Origin: Squalus acanthias
Lineage: Eukaryota
DNA: 64,000 nucleotides
Assembly (NCBI GenBank): GCA_030390025.1
Contig: CM059432.1
Location: 139,378,001-139,442,000, forward strand
Direction: 5' to 3'
Shown here: piece by piece, positions 58,310 through 64,000 of the stretch
How positions within the stretch are numbered: the stretch's first letter is position 1
Layout of the letters: each line of letters opens with the position of its first letter
Notes under the pieces: model-generated
Databases searched by the model: none
What the model was told of the DNA's origin: nothing
The model's input: the letters and a program-made list of their open reading frames with translations, nothing else
Position numbers and translations under genes: made by a program

Positions 58310-58770
58310 ACAATTACATAGAATTTACAGCACAGGAACAGGCCCTTCGGACCAACTGGTCGGTGCCGGTGTTTATGCTCCGCACGAGCCTCCTCCCACC
58401 CCTCTTCATCGCACTCCATCAACATATCCTTCTATTCCTTTCCCCTCATGTACTTAGCTAGCTTCCCCTTAAATGCATCTGTGCTATTCGCCTCAACCAC
58501 TCCTTGTTCCACATTCTCACCACTCTGGGCAAATAAGTTTCTCCTTAATTCCCTATTGGATTTATTAGTGACTATCTTATACTTGTGCCCCCTAGTTTTG
58601 GTCTCCCCCACAAGTGGAAACATCTTCTCTACATTTACCCTATCAAACCTTTTCATAATCTTAAAGGTCACCCCTCAGCCTTCTCTTTTCTAGAGAAAAG
58701 AGCCCCAGCCTGTTCAGTCTTTCCTGATAGTTATAACCTCTCACTTCTGGTATTATCCTTGTAGATCTTT
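58310..58770 (-). mobile_element. CR1 3' fragment
   Basis: FKIMKRFDRVNVEKMFPLVGETKTRGHKYKIVTNKSN; same subfamily as 60390-60818 and 62855-63400. Confidence 0.88.
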
Positions 58771-59165
58771 TAATGCACTGACAGTCTACAATCTGAAGGG
58801 GTTTCGGGTTGAGGTCTTTACAAGTATCAGTTTCACTGCATCTTTATCTTAAAATCTAAATTCTCCAGATTTAGACAGTGAAAGAGATGAAGGTGCTTTT
58901 TTTAAGGACAAGTTTTCTCTTAAAGTTTGTTTGGGTTTTTTTTACTGCCGGGTTTAGTCTGACCGTGGAATCTCAAGCTGATTCACTTACCAACCATGCA
59001 CAGCCTTCTATTGCAAAAACGTTTGATTCAGATATTTGTTTTTTAGGGCTGGAGTAAAAGGAATGGGAAGATGAATGTTGACAATCACAAACAATAAGTG
59101 TTAATCAAAATGAGACAGATTCAAATGAGTCAGTTGGGGCTAGCAGATGATGATAAATAGATATA

Positions 59166-59632
59166 CTTGCATTTATATAGCGCCTTTCACAACCTCAGGA
59201 CATCCCAAAGTGTTTTACAGCCAATGAAGTACTTCTGAAGTGTAGTCACTGCTGTAATGTAGGAAACACAGCAGCCAATTTGCACACAGCAAGCTCCCAC
59301 AAACAGCAATGTGATAATGACCAGATCATCTGTTTATTGTTCTGTTGATTGAGGGGATATATATTAGCCCTAGGACACTGGGGATAACTTCCCTGCTCTT
59401 CTTCGAAATAGTGCCGTGGGATCTTTTACATCCACCTGAGAGGGCAGACGGGGCCTCGGTTTAACATCTCATCCGAAAGACGGCACCTCCGACAGTGCAG
59501 CACTCCCTCAGTACTGCACTGGGAGGGTCAGCCTAGATTTTGTGCTCAAGTCTCTGGTGGGGGACTTGAACCCACGACCTTCTGACTCAGAGGCAAGGGT
59601 GATACCAACTTCCCAACTGAGCCATGGCTGAC
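59166..59632 (-). mobile_element. SacSINE1-like SINE, full length
   Basis: Head, Deu core and tail on the minus strand. Confidence 0.9.
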
Positions 59633-59769
59633 ACATATAAAGTAGCACTGCAGCAATTAACAGTTATTGGGAACAAATATTCATGTATTCCTTTAACAAC
59701 AAGTGGAACTTTTGAGTTTTGCTCAGACTATTATTGCAGTTTAACAAATATTTTTATCTTTACACTCAG

Positions 59770-59819
59770 ATTTTCACCAAGACACTTGGATCTCTGTTCA
59801 CAAAGGAAGCACAAAGGAG
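59770..59819 (+). CDS. FBXO32: FBXO32 coding exon 3 (50 nt)
   Basis: ctc[24 protein letters not shown]|gtaagt. Confidence 0.93.
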
Positions 59820-59927
59820 GTAAGTAACGCTGGGTTATATCACAATAATAAACTGCAGCGTATTCAAAGATCCTGTATTAATCAGATCTCTACCAACAAT
59901 ATTGACAGTCTGTTCCTTCTCTCCCAG

Positions 59928-60020
59928 CGTCATGGTTATTGCACCTTGGGTGAAGCTTTCAACCGTTTAGACTTCTCCAGCGCGATACTCGATGCCAGAA
60001 GATTTAACTACGTAGTGCGG
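59928..60020 (+). CDS. FBXO32: FBXO32 coding exon 4 (93 nt)
   Basis: ctccc[39 protein letters not shown]|gtaggt. Confidence 0.96.
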
Positions 60021-60389
60021 GTAGGTGGCCCTTACAGTTCTCTTAACAAAGTTTCAGCTGGTCGCTCTACTTTGACGGATTATTTCCACCTCGTTTATTA
60101 TTCATTTGCAATTTTAAACCATCGCAAGGACCTCTCGGGATTACAATAAATCCTTGATTGTTCAGGCTCGAGGGGTAGTAATTCCATCTGATGCAGTAAC
60201 ACGGAAAGTGTACTGATCTGAAATCGAATCTGCTTGTCAAGTGTAAAACAAGGCAGCGTCGTAAATTGTATTTGTCCTGCGGCACACAATAGGTGCGTGC
60301 GTCACATTCCTTTATGAATCCTAATTAGAGTGATTCGGATTTCTTTAATGCGTTTGCTGATTCATATCTAATTCAAACTGATACACTTA

Positions 60390-60818
60390 TCAAGAAAGGC
60401 TGAACAGGCTGGGGCTCTTCACTCTAGAAGGGTGACCAGATAGAGGTCTTTAAAATTATGAAAGGATTTGATAGGGGAGATGTAGAGAAGATATTTCCAC
60501 TTGTGGGGGAGTCCAGCACTCGGGGCCATAAATATAAGATAATCACCAATAAATCCAGTAAGGAATTCAGGAGAAACTTTATTCAGAGAGTGGTGAGAAT
60601 ATGGAATTCGCTACCACAGGGAGTGGTTGAGGCGAATAGCAGAGATACATTTAATGGGAAACTGGATACGTACATGAAGGAGAAAAGAATAGAAGGGTAC
60701 GTTGATGGGGTGAGATGAAGAAGGGTGGGAGGAGGCTCGTGTGGAGCATGAACACCGGCACGGACCAGTTGGGCCGAATGGCCTGTTGCTGTGCTGCACA
60801 TTCTATGTAATTCTATAT
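60390..60818 (+). mobile_element. CR1 3' fragment
   Basis: ORF 60458..60718 plus tail. Confidence 0.88.
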
Positions 60819-61409
60819 AAAAGGTCCTCTTCACTGTTGACCAACAGCCAGTAATCCCATGGTAAACACTGAGTCATTTTGGGAAGGCAGGCTGCCTTCA
60901 TGGAAAGGAAGGTGCTTGTCTCTAAGGGTAATTTTTTTAAATTATGTATCTCTTGGCATTTTGCAACGCAAACCCTTGAAACTGATCTGTTTGCGCTGGT
61001 CACCATACAGTTGAAGTAGGGATCCATTACCCTGAGTCATACCAGGGCACTTTGCAGCAGCAGCAGCCCTGGCTATCAATCACAAGTCAAGTCATCACGC
61101 TGAACGACCAGGCCAGCAGCTGATACAGTATCCCAGTGTGTCGGCGATGTGGGTTGATAGGTGCTGATGGAACTGGAACTGTTTTGAATTCCTGTCATGT
61201 TCCGCTCCCATCCCACCTCCCCCCCCCCACCCACCCACCCATCTCCAGGCTGCATCTTGTGACTCATTAACTCCTGCTCGTCAACAGGTGCTAGTCAGGG
61301 TCAGACGGTGAATTGATAGTTCACTTATTTCCAGATCTGTCCTGATTGTGAAAGAGCAGCCGAGCTGGTGGCCTCATTAGGGTGAAGGGGTTATATTTTG
61401 ATTCTAAAG

Positions 61410-61800
61410 AAAGAACCTGCATTTATGTAGCGCCTTTTAACCGCAGGACGTCCCAAAGCGCTCGACAGCCAACGAAGTACATTTTGAAGTCTAGTCACTG
61501 TTGTAATGTGGGAAACACAGCGGCCAATTGCGCACAGCAAGCTCCCACAAACAGCAATGTGATAATGGCCAGATAATCTGTTTTTTAGTGATGTTGGTTG
61601 AAGGATAAATATTGGCCCCAGGACACCGGGGAGAACTCCCCCTGCTCTGCTTCGAAATAGTGGCCGCGGAATCTCTTGCATCCACCTGAGAGAGCAGACG
61701 GGGCCTCGGTTTAACGTCTCATCCGAAAGATGGCACCTCCGACAGTGCAGCACTCCCTCAGCACTGCACTGGGAGCGTCAGCCTGGACGTTTGTGCTCAG
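61410..61800 (-). mobile_element. SacSINE1-like SINE lacking the head
   Basis: Deu core and tail on the minus strand. Confidence 0.87.
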
Positions 61801-62750
61801 ATCTACTGTGTCATTCATAAATGTCTTGGAAGTGTGATTCAGGATAAAGGAACAGAAGAGTAGACTCTGCCTGCCCTGGATATGAGCAGTCCTGAGGCTA
61901 ACAGTCCTTTGTCACCACACCACAGGACAGATTTACCCCACTTCCCCTAGACAGGCTGCTTAGTATTGAGCACTCTTCAAAGGAAAGGGTCAAAAGACTG
62001 TCTAGACCATAAAAGTTTTGTCATCAGCGATGCTCTGTACTCGAGTGACACGAGGAGCGATGTAAATGAGTGAACAGAATGATGGCTGGTCTTTCTTTCA
62101 TTTCTCCTCCTCCTCCTCCTCCTCCGTTCACAGAGGTCCAGAATATTAATTTGTGCAACAGACAATTTTGCGACACTTGCTCCACACCACTCGGGAACGG
62201 AGTGCTGACCTATTGGAGATAGTGGGGTAGAGAATCGTCTTGGGAGGTGACGCAAAGGGCGGCCGATCTGATACCACCTGTTGTGCTCGGCTGCCCGTGA
62301 CCCTACCTGTCCATGGCTGTTACTATGAAACTCCCGTTTTCTATAGTCTCTATCCTTCGACCGTTTTCGGCAACAACCTAATTCCCCGTGGAATAATTTG
62401 ATTATTCCAAGTATTTTGAACCTTAGCTTTGCTCAATTTTCCAGTCGTTCAGTACTAATTAAGAAGTGGTAAGAATTAATTTTGGGGGAAAAGTTGATTA
62501 ATGTTGTGCAGTTCAGAAGCACCCATAATTCATAATATTAAACTTCACTTAACCGCTGCCACACCACCACCCCGCCCCGCACCACTCCTTTACCTGTTTC
62601 CTAGCAACGTTGATATACTTCCACACACAAAGCTCTTGATGGGTGAGCTGTATGTAAACAGCTGCCATGGCCTAAGCTGTCACATTTGGAACAGCTGAAT
62701 AACCGGAGGAATGGCTTTTGTTGTGACACCGCTTTATTTTCTATTTGCAG

Positions 62751-62844
62751 TTGCTGGAGCTCATTGCAAAATCCCAGCTCACATCCCTCAGTGGGATTGC
62801 CCAGAAAAACTACATGAACATTCTGGAGAAAGTCGTGCAGAAAG
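62751..62844 (+). CDS. FBXO32: FBXO32 coding exon 5 (94 nt); gene continues beyond the window
   Basis: ctatttgc[37 protein letters not shown]|gtgagc. Confidence 0.95.
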
Positions 62845-62854
62845 GTGAGCAATA

Positions 62855-63805
62855 GTTGTGTACCGTTCTGGTCTCCATTTTATAAAAAGGATACAGAGGC
62901 ACTGGAGAAGATGCAAAAAAAAGGATTTACGAGAATGATACCAGAACTGAGAGGTTATAACTATCAGGAACGTCTGAACAGGCTGGGGCTCTTTTTTTCT
63001 CTAGAAAAGAGAAGATTGCTGGGTGATCTGATTGAGGTCTTCAAGATTATGAAAGGGTTTGATAGGGTAGACGTAGAGAAGATGTTTCCACTTGCTGGCG
63101 AGAACAGAACTAGAGATCATAAATATAAGATAGTCACTAATAAATCCAATGGAGAATTCAGGAGAAATTTCTTTACCCAGACAGTAGTTAGAATGTGGAA
63201 CTCGCTCCCACAGGGAGTAGTTGAGGCGAATAGCATGGATGCATTTAAGGGGAAGCTAGATTAACACATGAGGGAGAAAGGAATAGAAGGATATGTTGAT
63301 GGCGTGAGATTAAGAGGGGTTGGAGGAGGCTCATGTGGAGCATAAACACCGGCATGAACTTGTTGGCCCGAATGGCCTGTTTCTGTGCTGTAAATACTTT
63401 ATAATACTTGGTAATACTTTGTACTAATAAAAGGCAAGGTTTACAGAGGAGGTAATCTCTATAGCACTAATCTTCTTCTTAAATTAGATCTATTAAAATG
63501 GTAAGAAGAATAACAAGTTGACAAAGGAAATAATTGGCAAAAGAACCAGAGGGGGAGATGAGGAGAATATTTTTACGCAGTGAGTTGCTGTGATCTGGAA
63601 TGCACTGCCTGAAAGGGCGGTGGAAGCAGATTCAATAGTAACTTTCAAAAGGGAATTGGATAAATACTTAAAAAGGAAAAAAAAAACGCAGGGCTATGGG
63701 GAAAGAGCAGGGGGAAGTGAGACTAACTGGACTGCACTTTCAAAGAGCCAACACAGGCACGATGGGCCCAATTGCCTCCTTCTGTGGTGTACGATTCCAT
63801 GATAC
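62855..63805 (+). mobile_element. Two CR1 3' fragments (~62855-63400 and ~63530-63805)
   Basis: ORFs 62845..63264 and 63590..63802 are CR1 C-termini, each with a tail. Confidence 0.88.
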
Positions 63806-64000
63806 ATGCCAGAATTAAAGCACATGAGTGATTTAAAGTCCACGCTCTGACTGTGTGGTGCTTTTCATTGAAATATGTTACTTTATTGAACTTCTCCCTC
63901 ACCAATGCTGCCTGAATTGCCAACTTGAAATTGGGTCTCCAAAATGCTATGCTATCCCATCATGCATTTTATGGCAACATTTAAAAAAAAATAAAAAATA

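Noticed and set aside
49030..62844. FBXO25 instead of FBXO32
   Set aside because: PGQSW in exon 1, the short 113-nt exon 2 and adjacency to KLHL38 favour FBXO32.

Overview
Vertebrate (almost certainly cartilaginous fish/shark) genomic DNA, judged from its repeat content (CR1 and L2 LINE fragments, SacSINE1/Deu-type SINEs, Penelope pieces). Two host genes lie on the + strand in the order known from other vertebrates: the last coding exon of KLHL38 (1776-2065) and, about 47 kb downstream, the promoter and coding exons 1-5 of FBXO32/atrogin-1 (49030-62844, continuing past the window). The intergenic region is a stack of nested mobile elements. The best-supported highlight is an apparently intact 4.2-kb autonomous PIF/Harbinger transposon (9781-13979) with an open DDE transposase and a convergent 3-exon Myb/SANT gene. 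Three ~0.9-kb deletion derivatives of it are present, one a mosaic of two subfamilies. Other highlights: a decayed second Harbinger and several MITE families; a young Ty3/Gypsy element with a tRNA-Trp PBS whose Gag is fused in frame to RT with the protease deleted; a 1.6-kb and a 0.23-kb solo LTR; a Penelope fragment carrying a minimal hammerhead-ribozyme motif; and concentric inverted repeats around FBXO32 exons 3-4. Family names come from recall of known sequences, not from database searches. Boundaries of old repeats are approximate.
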